DNA of 64,000 nucleotides, taken from a bacterium. Lineage in GTDB: Bacteria > Patescibacteriota > Minisyncoccia > Phycocordibacterales > UBA12079. The stretch spans positions 3,327 to 67,326 of the forward strand of contig JAGYLJ010000003.1 of the NCBI GenBank assembly GCA_018401295.1, in the 5' to 3' direction. Within the stretch, counting starts at the first letter, position 1. Every line of letters begins with the position of its first letter. A program made the translations under genes and the position numbers. Positions 18,830-29,019 of this stretch are shown piece after piece. The notes beneath the pieces were generated by a model, which was not told the DNA's origin, made no database searches, and saw only the letters and a program-made list of their open reading frames with translations.

Positions 18830-20476
18830 CTAATGGATACCTAAATGTAATCTTTGTTTAATAGTCAAAAGAATTTCATCCACCTCCTCATTTCCTAATA
18901 ATTTAAGCACAAAAACTAAGACAATTAATCCGGTTATCCCAGACAAAAACCCTTGTAAAAATATTCCCCAAAAGGTATTGATATCAAAAACACCATTCAA
19001 TAAATTTAAAGAAAAATAGGCAAATACACCCATGACGATGGAAGCAATAAAAGTCTGTAGGAACGACTTTCTAAGAGCCGGAGAAAAACGATCAAAATCT
19101 CTCTGAAAGAAAAACCACAACAACCCAGCATTAATAAATGTTCCTAAAGAATAACTAATAGGTAAAATAAGTACATTTATATTTTTAAGGTCATCTATAC
19201 GGAAGACCATACCTATTCCATCTCTAACAAAACCCATATTAATAAAAACCCATCTTAAAGAAAAAGCTGAAACAACGATAATCACAGCAGAAAAAATACT
19301 AATTAAAACTGGCTTTATTGTTTTCCCCGCTGCATAATAACCTCTAATAAATAATAAAACTAAACTCTGACCTGTCACAGACAAAGAAAACGCAGCTAAA
19401 CAAGCAGCGGTTAATCGAGTATCGCTCCAATCAAATTTCCCTGACCCTAAAATAGTTCTAACTATCTGAGCTCTTAGGACGATAAATAAAACTAAAGCGA
19501 CTGTAGTCCAAAAAACAATATGTCGAGCGGCAGCCGTGATCTGTTGGAAAAAAAGATCAACTTGTTTATTGGAAAAAAGTTTAGCTAAAGTGGGAAAGGC
19601 TGCTACTGAATAACTAATTCCAATGATAGACAGAGGGACAGATTGCAAACTAAAGGCAAAAGTGAAAACAGAAACAGACCCTTCTCCCATGGTTGATGCT
19701 AATCCAACTAAAAATATTAAAGCAATATTATTAGCTGAAAGTGCCAGAGTTCGTGGTAAAGACAATATTATTATTTTTTTTATTTTATTGAGGTTGTGAA
19801 CAAAAGCAGGTTTAGGAATAAAACCTAAACGATAGATAGATGGTAGCTGAATAGCTAGATGCATAAAAGCCCCCAAAATAACACCCAAAACTAAACCTTT
19901 CAGCCCCCATAGAGGGTAAAAAAATATAATCCCGATTATTATTCCTAAATTATAAAAAAGAGGGCTAAGAGCATAGACAAAGAATTTCCTGTTTACCTGA
20001 ATGATACTGGTGAAAAAATTAGATAGTCCTAAAAGGACCGGCGATAACAACAAAACCCTTGATAAGCCAATCACCTGATCCATTGCCTCTAGAGAAAAAC
20101 CAACCAATATCATGGGAACTATTTTTGGTATTAAGAAGAAAGCAATTGAACAGACGATAACAATTAGGAATAGAAAGACGGAAAATATTTCACTCATAAA
20201 CATCTTTCCTTCTTTATTATTTATAGCGTCTGTCAAAAAAGGTACCAAAACTGAAACAGAGACAATTGAGGCCACTGTTATAAAAATGAAATCTGGAATA
20301 CGGAAAGCAGCATAATAAATATCTAGAGCTTCACTAGCACCAAAAGAATGAGCGAGAAGACGATCCCTAAGTAAAGCCAATAGCTGTGAAAGAAAAGCAA
20401 AAAAACCCAAAATATAAGCGGTCTGATGAAGACCGCTTATATTTTTATTTAATAAGCTAAACATACTCTTTATCAT
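18830..20476 (-). CDS. murJ: Lipid II flippase MurJ/MviN
   Basis: RDRLLAHSFG...YAAFRIPD; multi-TM MviN pattern. Confidence 0.9.
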   Translation of the reverse strand: MIKSMFSLLNKNISGLHQTAYILGFFAFLSQLLALLRDRLLAHSFGASEALDIYYAAFRIPDFIFITVASIVSVSVLVPFLTDAINNKEGKMFMSEIFSVFLFLIVIVCSIAFFLIPKIVPMILVGFSLEAMDQVIGLSRVLLLSPVLLGLSNFFTSIIQVNRKFFVYALSPLFYNLGIIIGIIFFYPLWGLKGLVLGVILGAFMHLAIQLPSIYRLGFIPKPAFVHNLNKIKKIIILSLPRTLALSANNIALIFLVGLASTMGEGSVSVFTFAFSLQSVPLSIIGISYSVAAFPTLAKLFSNKQVDLFFQQITAAARHIVFWTTVALVLFIVLRAQIVRTILGSGKFDWSDTRLTAACLAAFSLSVTGQSLVLLFIRGYYAAGKTIKPVLISIFSAVIIVVSAFSLRWVFINMGFVRDGIGMVFRIDDLKNINVLILPISYSLGTFINAGLLWFFFQRDFDRFSPALRKSFLQTFIASIVMGVFAYFSLNLLNGVFDINTFWGIFLQGFLSGITGLIVLVFVLKLLGNEEVDEILLTIKQRLHLGIH

Positions 20477-20567
20477 ACTAATTGTTGTACTATTTTATCT
20501 TCATCTTAGTAACATCTCCAGTTTTTTGGATAATGGTTACAGATTTTGGATTAAAAGTTTCCGTGGG

Positions 20568-22901
20568 TTACTGTTGCTGTTCCAAACCAAATAACGGTTC
20601 CCTTCCGGCTTTAATATTTTCCAAAATAGCACCTATATTTTCGTCTTCAGGTATAGCTTGCTGTAAGGAAGTAAACAAATTAATTGCTTCTTCTGTTTTC
20701 CCAACTCCGTTATAACTTAACCCTAAAAGATAAGCAGCATCAGCAAACACTGGATTTAATTCAAGAGCCTTTTCAAAATAAGGAATTGCCTCTTCATAAT
20801 TTTGCTTATTATATTTGAAAAACCCAAGTTGTAGTTGAACTTCTGGATCATTTGGTGTTTGTACAGCGAGAGCCTCAATAATTTTAACTGCTTCTTCTTC
20901 ATTACCAGCTGCGGATTCAATTTGAGCCAATAAATAATAAGCTTCAGTGTAATTATTCTTTAACTGTATAGCTGATCCAATATAACCTTTTGCTTTCTCT
21001 ATATCTTCGTTAGCTATTTCTAAATTAGCTAATGTTAAGGCTAAAGAAGGATTAGTTGGACTTAAATTGATAGCCTCCCCATAATACTTTATTGCTTCAT
21101 CATAGGATCCCTCGATCTTTAAAGGCACAACTGACCCATAGACTTTTCCTAGTGCCAACCAATTCTGATAATTTTTTGAGTCTATACTGACTGCAATTTC
21201 AGCGTTTACCCTAGCATTAGCAAAAATTGTTTGGAATTGCTCAGCTAATACTTCCTCAGCAACATCCTCCTGTGCCAAAACTGATTGTAATTTAAGTAAG
21301 TTCATTTCAGATAATAACCTATAATATAGATCATTTTTTGAACCTTCTGCTGCCCCTACCATCAATTCCAAAGACTTATCAATATCATTCTCTGCGTTAA
21401 GAACAATCAAACTTTTCTGAACCTTCATAGAAGAACTAACCTTTTTTACAAACAGATAATAACTAAAAGCAGAAACCAAAAACAAACCGATCACCACAAT
21501 AATTAAAACGATACTTTTACCTGTTTTATTTGCTAAAGAAAATTTCTTTACCTTAACAATCTTTTCCTGATAAAGAAGAGATAGCAAAACACCAGTAAAT
21601 AAGAAGCTGAGAGCAAAAATTACAACTCCTGGAGTAGAAATGAATGAAAAGAACCATAAATAAATGGTTGCAAAAAATACCGAAAGAGTAACATAATGAT
21701 CAAATTGATTTCTACGAGATAATCCTTTAAGCAACTTAAGACCAAAATAAATTATTAACCCAAAAAATAATACCCATGAAAAGAAACCAAACAAACCAAC
21801 CGTAACAAGAGAAGACAAAACAAAATTCGCTCCAGTGTTAAAATCTAAATTCCAAAATTGTGTATTATTGATCCCAACCGGTCTACTCATTGACCATTGT
21901 TTAGAAAAACCATCAAGGCCCTTCCCAAAAATTGGGTCACTCGCTAAAGAAGCTTGAATAATATCAATTGTGCTACCAACAGAAGGCCTAACTTCTGAAT
22001 TTTGAATGTTAAACATTGATGGTAAGAAGTTACCAATTGAACCCCCAACAGATATAGTTACAACAAAAAAGAGAGAGATAACCAAAACTACCCAAGAAGC
22101 TATTGAAGTATTCTTTTTCTTAGTTTCGTGTTCTTTTTTCTTATTTGTAATGAAATTATAAATAATTAAAGCCAATGCAGCTGAAAACAGCACAAACCAA
22201 ACAGAGAGTACGTTAACGAGAGCAACAAAGAAAAGTGACCCAACCAAAGTAGCGTAGCCAACCATCTTAATAGCCTTATTATCTCTCATGAAGACAATTG
22301 TTAACAAGGATATAACAGAAATTAGACCAAAAAATACACCGAAATCACTCCAAGCACCAATTAGATTAGAAGATGTTGTATTTAAGACACCAAACGATAG
22401 AAAATCAGGTCCAAAAATAAGACGGAGAACCTGAAAAAACAACATAAAAATAGAAGAGAACAGAAGACCTGCGTATAGATAGAGAACCTTTTTCTTCTCT
22501 ATAAACAACCTAGCAGCAAGAAACATAAGCAAAAAGAATGCTAAAACCATGACAAACGAGTTTACTCCGAAATTAAATCCAAAAATAGAAGCTCTTATGG
22601 ATCCAGAAAATAGAGAGGACAGCAAATAAGAAAAAGGTACGAGCACCGCCGAAATTACAAACAAATTTTTACTAAGAGAAAAATCTTTATTTTTTAACCT
22701 TCCAAATAGCCAAGCAATTACAAGACCAAAAACAAAAGTAATCAATAATGTATTCTTACCTGCCAAAAACGAAAGAGACTGCGCTGGTATAAAAAAGATT
22801 GGTAAGAGGAAACTTAATATTGCTATTAAACCAAAAGAAAAGTTCCTTGTTAGTGTAGAATTCGCTTTCTGACTTGATATTAAATTTATTTGTTCATCCA
22901 T
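20568..22901 (-). CDS. Multi-TM (O-antigen ligase-like) protein with C-terminal TPR repeats
   Basis: More than 10 TM helices, PIFGKG..F loop, TPR repeats. Confidence 0.75.
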   Translation of the reverse strand: MDEQINLISSQKANSTLTRNFSFGLIAILSFLLPIFFIPAQSLSFLAGKNTLLITFVFGLVIAWLFGRLKNKDFSLSKNLFVISAVLVPFSYLLSSLFSGSIRASIFGFNFGVNSFVMVLAFFLLMFLAARLFIEKKKVLYLYAGLLFSSIFMLFFQVLRLIFGPDFLSFGVLNTTSSNLIGAWSDFGVFFGLISVISLLTIVFMRDNKAIKMVGYATLVGSLFFVALVNVLSVWFVLFSAALALIIYNFITNKKKEHETKKKNTSIASWVVLVISLFFVVTISVGGSIGNFLPSMFNIQNSEVRPSVGSTIDIIQASLASDPIFGKGLDGFSKQWSMSRPVGINNTQFWNLDFNTGANFVLSSLVTVGLFGFFSWVLFFGLIIYFGLKLLKGLSRRNQFDHYVTLSVFFATIYLWFFSFISTPGVVIFALSFLFTGVLLSLLYQEKIVKVKKFSLANKTGKSIVLIIVVIGLFLVSAFSYYLFVKKVSSSMKVQKSLIVLNAENDIDKSLELMVGAAEGSKNDLYYRLLSEMNLLKLQSVLAQEDVAEEVLAEQFQTIFANARVNAEIAVSIDSKNYQNWLALGKVYGSVVPLKIEGSYDEAIKYYGEAINLSPTNPSLALTLANLEIANEDIEKAKGYIGSAIQLKNNYTEAYYLLAQIESAAGNEEEAVKIIEALAVQTPNDPEVQLQLGFFKYNKQNYEEAIPYFEKALELNPVFADAAYLLGLSYNGVGKTEEAINLFTSLQQAIPEDENIGAILENIKAGREPLFGLEQQQ

Positions 22902-22996
22902 AATTATTTTTATAAATTAATAAAACGTACCATGATAATACCACATTATAAACAATTATACATTATTTTCAAACTTTCAAAAGAACGCCCGAAAGC

Positions 22997-24055
22997 CTAT
23001 CCTATCAAGGCTATAACCATGCCCATAATAGCAAAAATGATACTTATTACCCAATACCTCATGGTTACCTTGTAACTAGGCCAACCAAGGGCTTCAAAAT
23101 GATGATGAATAGGAGCAACCAAAAAAACCTTCTTACCCTTCCTCAACTTTTTAGATGATACCTGAATAACGTTAGAAATAACAGTGGCAAATAAAGGGAA
23201 AGCAATAATAGGAAGAACTAATACTTGACCAGTCAAGAACGCAACAACTGTTAAAGTTACGGTTAAAGCCAAAATTCCAGTCTCAGACATATAGAAACGT
23301 GCTGGTGGAATATTAAACCAGAGAAAAGCTAAAATACCGCCGACAATTACTGCACAAAAAGCAGCTAAGTCTATCTGATTTTGAAAAAATGCGATTCCAG
23401 CGTAAGCTGAAAAAATAGTAGCCATTACACCACCTGAAAGACCATCGATTCCATCGATTACTCCACTGGCAAATAAAGATAACATCACCATCATAAAAAA
23501 AGGAATAAATAAAATCCCTAAATACCATTCCCCCAAGAAAGGGACTATAACGCTAGCAACATCCAACTTAAAATAAAACCAAACAGCCCCAATAAAAGCA
23601 ATCCACAAAACAGTCAAAATCCTTGTCCTTAAAGGTAAGCCACCGGCAATATACTTACCTCGTCCAGAAACTACTAAGAAGTCATCGAATAAACCAACCA
23701 AAGCCCCCGCTATTAGTGTAAATAAAGGCAACCATGTTTGGCCGCGGCTCATAAAATCCATTTTCTGGGAGAATTCTGTTGGAAATAACCAAGAGATAAG
23801 CCAAAAAACAGAGATTGTAAAAAGTACACTGAACCAAATAACTACCCCACCCATTCTAGGAGTATTGGTGTCCCTTTCTTTATGTAATTTATTAAAAATT
23901 GGAGTTCCTCCTCCTCCCAATCCAGCCGCATTACCTGACTTTTTCTTCCACATTTTATGTTTATACAAAAAATGAGTCAGAATTGGACTAAAAGCTAAAC
24001 CAGCAAAGAAAGAAATTATCCATGGGACGAAAATTTTAACTACGTTAAGAATCAT
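22997..24055 (-). CDS. mraY: Phospho-N-acetylmuramoyl-pentapeptide transferase
   Basis: TPRMGG, GLFDD, DGIDGL, APIHHHFE. Confidence 0.92.
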   Translation of the reverse strand: MILNVVKIFVPWIISFFAGLAFSPILTHFLYKHKMWKKKSGNAAGLGGGGTPIFNKLHKERDTNTPRMGGVVIWFSVLFTISVFWLISWLFPTEFSQKMDFMSRGQTWLPLFTLIAGALVGLFDDFLVVSGRGKYIAGGLPLRTRILTVLWIAFIGAVWFYFKLDVASVIVPFLGEWYLGILFIPFFMMVMLSLFASGVIDGIDGLSGGVMATIFSAYAGIAFFQNQIDLAAFCAVIVGGILAFLWFNIPPARFYMSETGILALTVTLTVVAFLTGQVLVLPIIAFPLFATVISNVIQVSSKKLRKGKKVFLVAPIHHHFEALGWPSYKVTMRYWVISIIFAIMGMVIALIG

Positions 24056-25026
24056 AATGCTTGATTTTCATTAAAAATTTTTTCTAAAGTCGCCCAAACT
24101 AACTGATCCATATCACTAAACCTCTCATCTTTAGTAGAACCTAAAACTGATATCGCTATTTTATGATTTATTCCAGCATCAAAAACAACCATCAAATTTC
24201 CACCGGCCAAATCGGTAAACCCAGTTTTAGAAGCTACAACGTTTGGTAGATTTTCAACCTCTGAATTAGTATTCTCAATCCTATGAGTCATAATATCCGA
24301 ATTCACTTCAGCTTGCTTGTAAGAACTGAGACTAAGTAGTTCTGGATAATCCTGCATGATTTTATCTACTAAAATAGTCACATCTTTGGCCGAACCATAA
24401 GCGCCACTCACAGTTTCATTTATATCCAAACCAGTTTCATTCAGAAAGAAAGATTGTTCCATTCCTAATTGATTAACTTTGTCATTCATTCTCTTAATAA
24501 ACAATTCCCCTTCATCCTTATTACTTAAACTGGATTCAAAAGCGCCAATAACAGAAGCTAAGGCCTGTGCTCCATCATTAGACGATGTTAATAGTACAAA
24601 ATCAATAATATCAGAAAATTTCCATTTTTCTCCAGCCACTAAACCATTATCACCATCCGCGTTTAGATCATCTTGATTAATTTTTACAATTGTCTCTGGA
24701 GTAGAAATTTCAGAGGCTACTAAAACTGTCATCAATTTTGCTAAAGAAGCTAAAGGAAATTGCATCTCCTCATTCAAACCTCCTAACATTTTTTTATCCC
24801 TAATGTCCCAGATAAAAAATGATTTGGCTGACAAGGATAAATCATCGAAAGAATCATCCGCCTTTTTCCTAGGTTCCAATATTTCATCTCTAACAAAAAG
24901 AGAATCTTGATATTGTGAATTAAAATAAAAAGCAGTTTTAAAGGCTAAAAAAAACACTACAGAAAAAAACAGCACTACCACCCCAACTTTTATATTCCCT
25001 TTTGTGATTTTTAAATCTAAATTCAT
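24052..25026 (-). CDS. S11 D-Ala-D-Ala carboxypeptidase (DacA-like)
   Basis: SLAK, SSN and KTG penicillin-binding motifs. Confidence 0.88.
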   Translation of the reverse strand: MNLDLKITKGNIKVGVVVLFFSVVFFLAFKTAFYFNSQYQDSLFVRDEILEPRKKADDSFDDLSLSAKSFFIWDIRDKKMLGGLNEEMQFPLASLAKLMTVLVASEISTPETIVKINQDDLNADGDNGLVAGEKWKFSDIIDFVLLTSSNDGAQALASVIGAFESSLSNKDEGELFIKRMNDKVNQLGMEQSFFLNETGLDINETVSGAYGSAKDVTILVDKIMQDYPELLSLSSYKQAEVNSDIMTHRIENTNSEVENLPNVVASKTGFTDLAGGNLMVVFDAGINHKIAISVLGSTKDERFSDMDQLVWATLEKIFNENQAL

Positions 25027-25034
25027 TTTATTTT

Positions 25035-25628
25035 TTAATTTGATACCTCCTCCTGATTCATCTCAAATTCTTCCTCAATAGATTCCTCATTATTCGTTAA
25101 ATTTGATGAATTAAAATCTTCTATCTCTTTTTGAATTTTATCATATTCAGGTAAATCTTTCACTTTAGAAACACCTAGAAATGACAACAACTCAAATGTG
25201 GGCTTATATAAATAACTCCTCTGGTCATCTGGGTTAGAAACTTTCTCTATTAAACCACGAATAAGCAAATTCCTTAAAATAAAATTTGAGTTAACTCCTC
25301 TTAAATAATCTATCCTAGATCTAGTAATAGGTGCTTTATAAAGAATAATCGACAAAGTTTCAAGACCTGCTTTTCCCAAATCTCTTGATAATTCTTCTTT
25401 TCTTATTTTTTCAATAATACTAGACATCTCAGGAGAAGTAGCTAACATGACATCATCTTCTTTAGACAAAAGCACTACCCCTCTGGTTTCCAACCTTTCT
25501 TCCAGGACAAACAAAGCATTTTCTATTTCTTCTAGGCTTTTTTCTAGGATCTTTGCCAACTCTTTTTTAGATACAGGTTCTGATCTAAGAAATAAAATTG
25601 CCTCGATTTGTGAATCTAAAGTTAACAT
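25035..25628 (-). CDS. scpB: SMC-Scp complex subunit ScpB
   Basis: IEAILF, LETLSIILYKAPITRSRIDYLRGVNS. Confidence 0.93.
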   Translation of the reverse strand: MLTLDSQIEAILFLRSEPVSKKELAKILEKSLEEIENALFVLEERLETRGVVLLSKEDDVMLATSPEMSSIIEKIRKEELSRDLGKAGLETLSIILYKAPITRSRIDYLRGVNSNFILRNLLIRGLIEKVSNPDDQRSYLYKPTFELLSFLGVSKVKDLPEYDKIQKEIEDFNSSNLTNNEESIEEEFEMNQEEVSN

Positions 25629-25651
25629 AATAAAAAATTTAAAACTTAATT

Positions 25652-25726
25652 ATAATTTCAAGTGAGGATTTGTAAAAACGATTATGTTAATAATATGTTT
25701 TTACATAATCCGAACGCAGGAATTAT
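25652..25726 (-). repeat. ~75-bp dispersed element, copy 1
   Basis: Inverted homolog of 41334-41407, sharing ATAATTCCT...GGATTAT...AAATCCTCACTTGAAATTAT. Confidence 0.8.
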
Positions 25727-26487
25727 GTACTTTGCATATAATTTGGAATTCCAAGGTCCTGAGTTTCCATTTCTATATCACTAAATTGATAAGCCTGTCT
25801 AACCACAATGGAACCTTGTTTTACTAATTCTAACATTGCTAAAAAACTAACTACAACATTTATCCTATCTTTCTTGGTAAGTTCACTAAGACCCTGTAAA
25901 CCAGAAAATTTATTAAAACTCATACTTAATGATCCCTTAATTCGTTCTGTCAAATTCTCAATCATTTTTTCTAAAGAAATTACTTTCTCAACCAATACTT
26001 TCGGAGTTTTAATCTCTTTAGGTAAATTATTTAAAACATTATTTATTAATGAATGCAGAAAAGAAATTTCTGTGTTCTTATCTGGTGAAAAAACTGGTTG
26101 AATATTCTTTTCTGGCTGACGGAAAAAACTAACCTTTTTTCCAAACATATCTTTAACATAAAGACTCAATCTTTTTATTTCTTGATATTCTTTTAAACGC
26201 TTTTCAAGATCATCTATGCTCTGTTCCTCTTCAGTTGTCAAATCTAAAGTCGGCAATAAAGATTTCGATTTAATAAGCATCAAAATTGAAGCTGTTAAAA
26301 CAAAATCAACTGAATTTTTTATAGAAAATTTCTCTATTTTTTTTAGATATTCAATGTAATCATCCGTAATTTTTAACAAAGATATATCACAAATATGTAA
26401 TTTTCTTTTCTCAATTAAATGTAGAAGTAAGTCAAGAGGCCCTTGAAAAATCTCAATCTCAACTTTATAATTTTCATCACCTAACAT
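25723..26487 (-). CDS. scpA: Segregation and condensation protein A
   Basis: FQGPLDLLLHLIE, FLAMLELVK. Confidence 0.93.
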   Translation of the reverse strand: MLGDENYKVEIEIFQGPLDLLLHLIEKRKLHICDISLLKITDDYIEYLKKIEKFSIKNSVDFVLTASILMLIKSKSLLPTLDLTTEEEQSIDDLEKRLKEYQEIKRLSLYVKDMFGKKVSFFRQPEKNIQPVFSPDKNTEISFLHSLINNVLNNLPKEIKTPKVLVEKVISLEKMIENLTERIKGSLSMSFNKFSGLQGLSELTKKDRINVVVSFLAMLELVKQGSIVVRQAYQFSDIEMETQDLGIPNYMQST

Positions 26488-26577
26488 TTTTATATACTAT
26501 ACCATATTTTCTTCGGAAACATAAAATGACCAGCCCTTTTGTGTTATTAATAAGTCTTTCACTTATGGGAAAAAATA

Positions 26578-26655
26578 CAAATGAAAAACACCGTCCGAAG
26601 ACGATGTTTTTCAATGTACTTAAATTTTAGCAAGCTAAAATTCAAGTACGATTAC
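26578..26655 (-). ncRNA. Candidate ~75-nt two-hairpin small RNA
   Basis: TTGACT/TG-T-TAATAT promoter, hairpin at 26616-26649, UUCG-capped hairpin at 26582-26613, no ORF. Confidence 0.4.
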
Positions 26656-26734
26656 TATATTAACAAATACATTCTAAAAGTCAAGTAATTTTTTGAACCG
26701 TTGTGGAAAACCCAGAAAAACCTTATATTATAAA

Positions 26735-28381
26735 CTACATTTCATCCCCCCCTCCGTTTCCTGCTGACGCTTTTGATTCATTTTTAGGTTCATCAGCTAT
26801 TGCTACTTCTGTTGTCAACAAGATTCCAGCCGAAGAAGCCGCATTTTGAATACCACTTCTAGCGACTTTAACAGGGTCAATTATTCCTACCAAAATCATG
26901 TCATTGATTATCATATCACTATTAGCATCGTAACCAGCACCATCTTTTGCTTTTTTTACGTCATTGACAATAACAGAGCCGTCTTCTTTACCAGCATTGA
27001 TTGCTATTTGCTTTAGAGGAGCTTCTAGAGCCCTCAGTAAGAGGTTAAAACCAACTTGAAACTCTTCTTCAAAATGTTTTAAAGTTGACTTAAAACTCTT
27101 TTTACTTATTTTATCAGCAATCTTTACAAGAGCAGAACCACCCCCTGGGATAATACCCTCCTCTATAGCCGCTTTGGTTGCATTAACAGCATCTTCTATT
27201 TTTAATTTCAGATACTTCATTTCAGTTTCAGTAGAAGCTCCCACTTTTATAACAGCTACCCCCCCAGATAATTTTGCGATCCTTTCTTCAATTTTTTCAG
27301 AATCAAATTTAGAAGAAGATGATTTTAATTGTTTTTTCAACTGGTTAACACGATTTTCAATTTCTATTTTTTTGCCCCTTCCTCCAACGATAATTGTTTT
27401 TTCTTTAGTAGAAATAACTTTATTAGCTTGGCCTAGAACTTCCAATCCTGCTTTTTCTAATTTCAAACCTAATTCTCCAGTTACCACTTTAGCTCCAATG
27501 GTGACAGCAATGTCTTCTAGAATCTCTTTTCTTCTTTCCCCATACTCAGGAGCTTTAATTGCTAGGACATTGAAAGAACCTCTTAATTTATTTAAAACAA
27601 AAGTCGTCAAAGCTTCTCCATCAACATCCTCAGCAATGACCACTAAATCCTTTTTACCAGCTTCCGCCATCTTTTCTAGAAAAGGTAGGATCTCCTTAAC
27701 TGAAGATATTTTTTTATCAGTTAATAAAATTGATGGATTTCTAAATTCAGCTTCCATCCTTTCTGTATCAGTTAACATATAAGGAGAAATATAACCCCTT
27801 CCAAACTCCATACCTTCTACTACTTCTGAATCAACACCAAAAGACTGAGATTCTTCCACAGTAACAACGCCGTCCTTTCCTACCTTATTCACAGTATCAG
27901 CAATGATTTTACCAATTTTTTCTGACTCAGCGGAAATAGTAGCTACTTGTCTTATCTCCTCTATATTAGTAATGGACTTTGCCATATTTTTCAATTCTTT
28001 TACGACCTCTTCTGTGGCTCTATCTATTCCAGCTTTTATCCCCATGGCGTTGACCCCCAACACTACTTTTTTCATCCCCTCTTCTATCAAACTTTGAGCA
28101 ATTATAATAGAAGTAGTAGTCCCATCCCCAGCCAAATCATTAGTCTTAGAAGCAACCTCCTTCATAATTTCTGCTCCCATATTTTCAAATTTATTTGATA
28201 ACGAAATATCTCTAGCAATAGTCACCCCATCATTGGTGATAACAGGACTACCATATCCTTTATCTAAAACAACGTTTTTGCCTCTTGGCCCAATTGTTAT
28301 TTTTACTGCATCAGCAACCTTATCTATTCCTCTTTTTAAAGCTTCTCTAGCTACTTGATTGAAAATAATTTGTTTTGACAT
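26735..28381 (-). CDS. groL: Chaperonin GroEL
   Basis: GPRGKNV, AGDGTTT, ERIAKLSGGVAVI; start placed at MSKQI. Confidence 0.97.
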   Translation of the reverse strand: MSKQIIFNQVAREALKRGIDKVADAVKITIGPRGKNVVLDKGYGSPVITNDGVTIARDISLSNKFENMGAEIMKEVASKTNDLAGDGTTTSIIIAQSLIEEGMKKVVLGVNAMGIKAGIDRATEEVVKELKNMAKSITNIEEIRQVATISAESEKIGKIIADTVNKVGKDGVVTVEESQSFGVDSEVVEGMEFGRGYISPYMLTDTERMEAEFRNPSILLTDKKISSVKEILPFLEKMAEAGKKDLVVIAEDVDGEALTTFVLNKLRGSFNVLAIKAPEYGERRKEILEDIAVTIGAKVVTGELGLKLEKAGLEVLGQANKVISTKEKTIIVGGRGKKIEIENRVNQLKKQLKSSSSKFDSEKIEERIAKLSGGVAVIKVGASTETEMKYLKLKIEDAVNATKAAIEEGIIPGGGSALVKIADKISKKSFKSTLKHFEEEFQVGFNLLLRALEAPLKQIAINAGKEDGSVIVNDVKKAKDGAGYDANSDMIINDMILVGIIDPVKVARSGIQNAASSAGILLTTEVAIADEPKNESKASAGNGGGDEM

Positions 28382-28397
28382 AATTTTGTATTTAGTC

Positions 28398-28485
28398 AAA
28401 AGTCTGTAAAGTCGAAAGTCGAAAGTGAAAAATTGGCGAAGCCAATTTTTTGACTTTATGGACTTTATAAACTTTATAAACTTTT
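28398..28485. repeat. ~90-bp palindromic element (AAAGTC/GACTTT family), copy 1
   Basis: AAAGTC repeats, AAAAATTGGCGAAGCCAATTTTT, then ACTTTAT repeats. Confidence 0.8.
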
Positions 28486-28487
28486 AA

Positions 28488-28856
28488 CTACTTTATAATT
28501 GCTAATATATTTTCCTCTTTCAAAATGAAATACTCTTTATCTTTTAATTTTATTTCTTCAAATCCATACCTCGAAAACATCACTTTGTCGCCCACTTTAA
28601 CTGTCATAGGGTTTAGTTTTCCATCATCGTATTTCCCTTCCCCTACAGCTACAACTACACCCTGATCTTTAACTTTATCTTCATCTCTATTTTCAGGAAG
28701 AATAATTCCAAAGTTAGACTTTCTTTCTAATTCTGTCTCTGTCAATGGCCTAATCAAAACTCTATCGGCTAAAGGTATAATAACGTTTACCTTTTCTTCC
28801 TTGGATACTTCTTTTATTTTCACAACCTTCTTTTTTGTTGTTTTCTTTTTAGGCAT
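28488..28856 (-). CDS. groS: Co-chaperonin GroES with Lys-rich N-terminal extension
   Basis: PLADRVLI, GIILP, VVAVGEG, VKVGDKV. Confidence 0.95.
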   Translation of the reverse strand: MPKKKTTKKKVVKIKEVSKEEKVNVIIPLADRVLIRPLTETELERKSNFGIILPENRDEDKVKDQGVVVAVGEGKYDDGKLNPMTVKVGDKVMFSRYGFEEIKLKDKEYFILKEENILAIIK

Positions 28857-28869
28857 AATACTTTAGTTG

Positions 28870-28963
28870 AAAGCCTGTAAGGTCCAAAGTCGAAAGCAGA
28901 AAATTAGCTTCGCTAATTTTTCCAACTTTATAGGCTTTATGAACTTTATGGACTTTTGACTTT
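28870..28963. repeat. ~90-bp palindromic element, copy 2
   Basis: Same layout as copy 1, with central AAAATTAGCTTCGCTAATTTT. Confidence 0.8.
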
Positions 28964-28987
28964 TTTAATTAACTATTAAGCGACTAT

Positions 28988-29016
28988 ATTATATTAATGT
29001 GAATTTCCTCTGTCAA
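28988..29016 (-). promoter_or_regulatory. Consensus sigma70 promoter of groESL
   Basis: TTGACA-17 nt-TATAAT on the minus strand. Confidence 0.85.
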
Positions 29017-29019
29017 ATT

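Noticed and set aside
26700-26712. DnaA box / replication origin
   Set aside because: Only isolated near-matches (TTTTCCACA here, TTCTCCACA near 38416), with no cluster and no dnaA.
28860-29016. CIRCE operator upstream of groES
   Set aside because: No TTAGCACTC-N9-GAGTGCTAA; the palindrome belongs to a dispersed repeat family.
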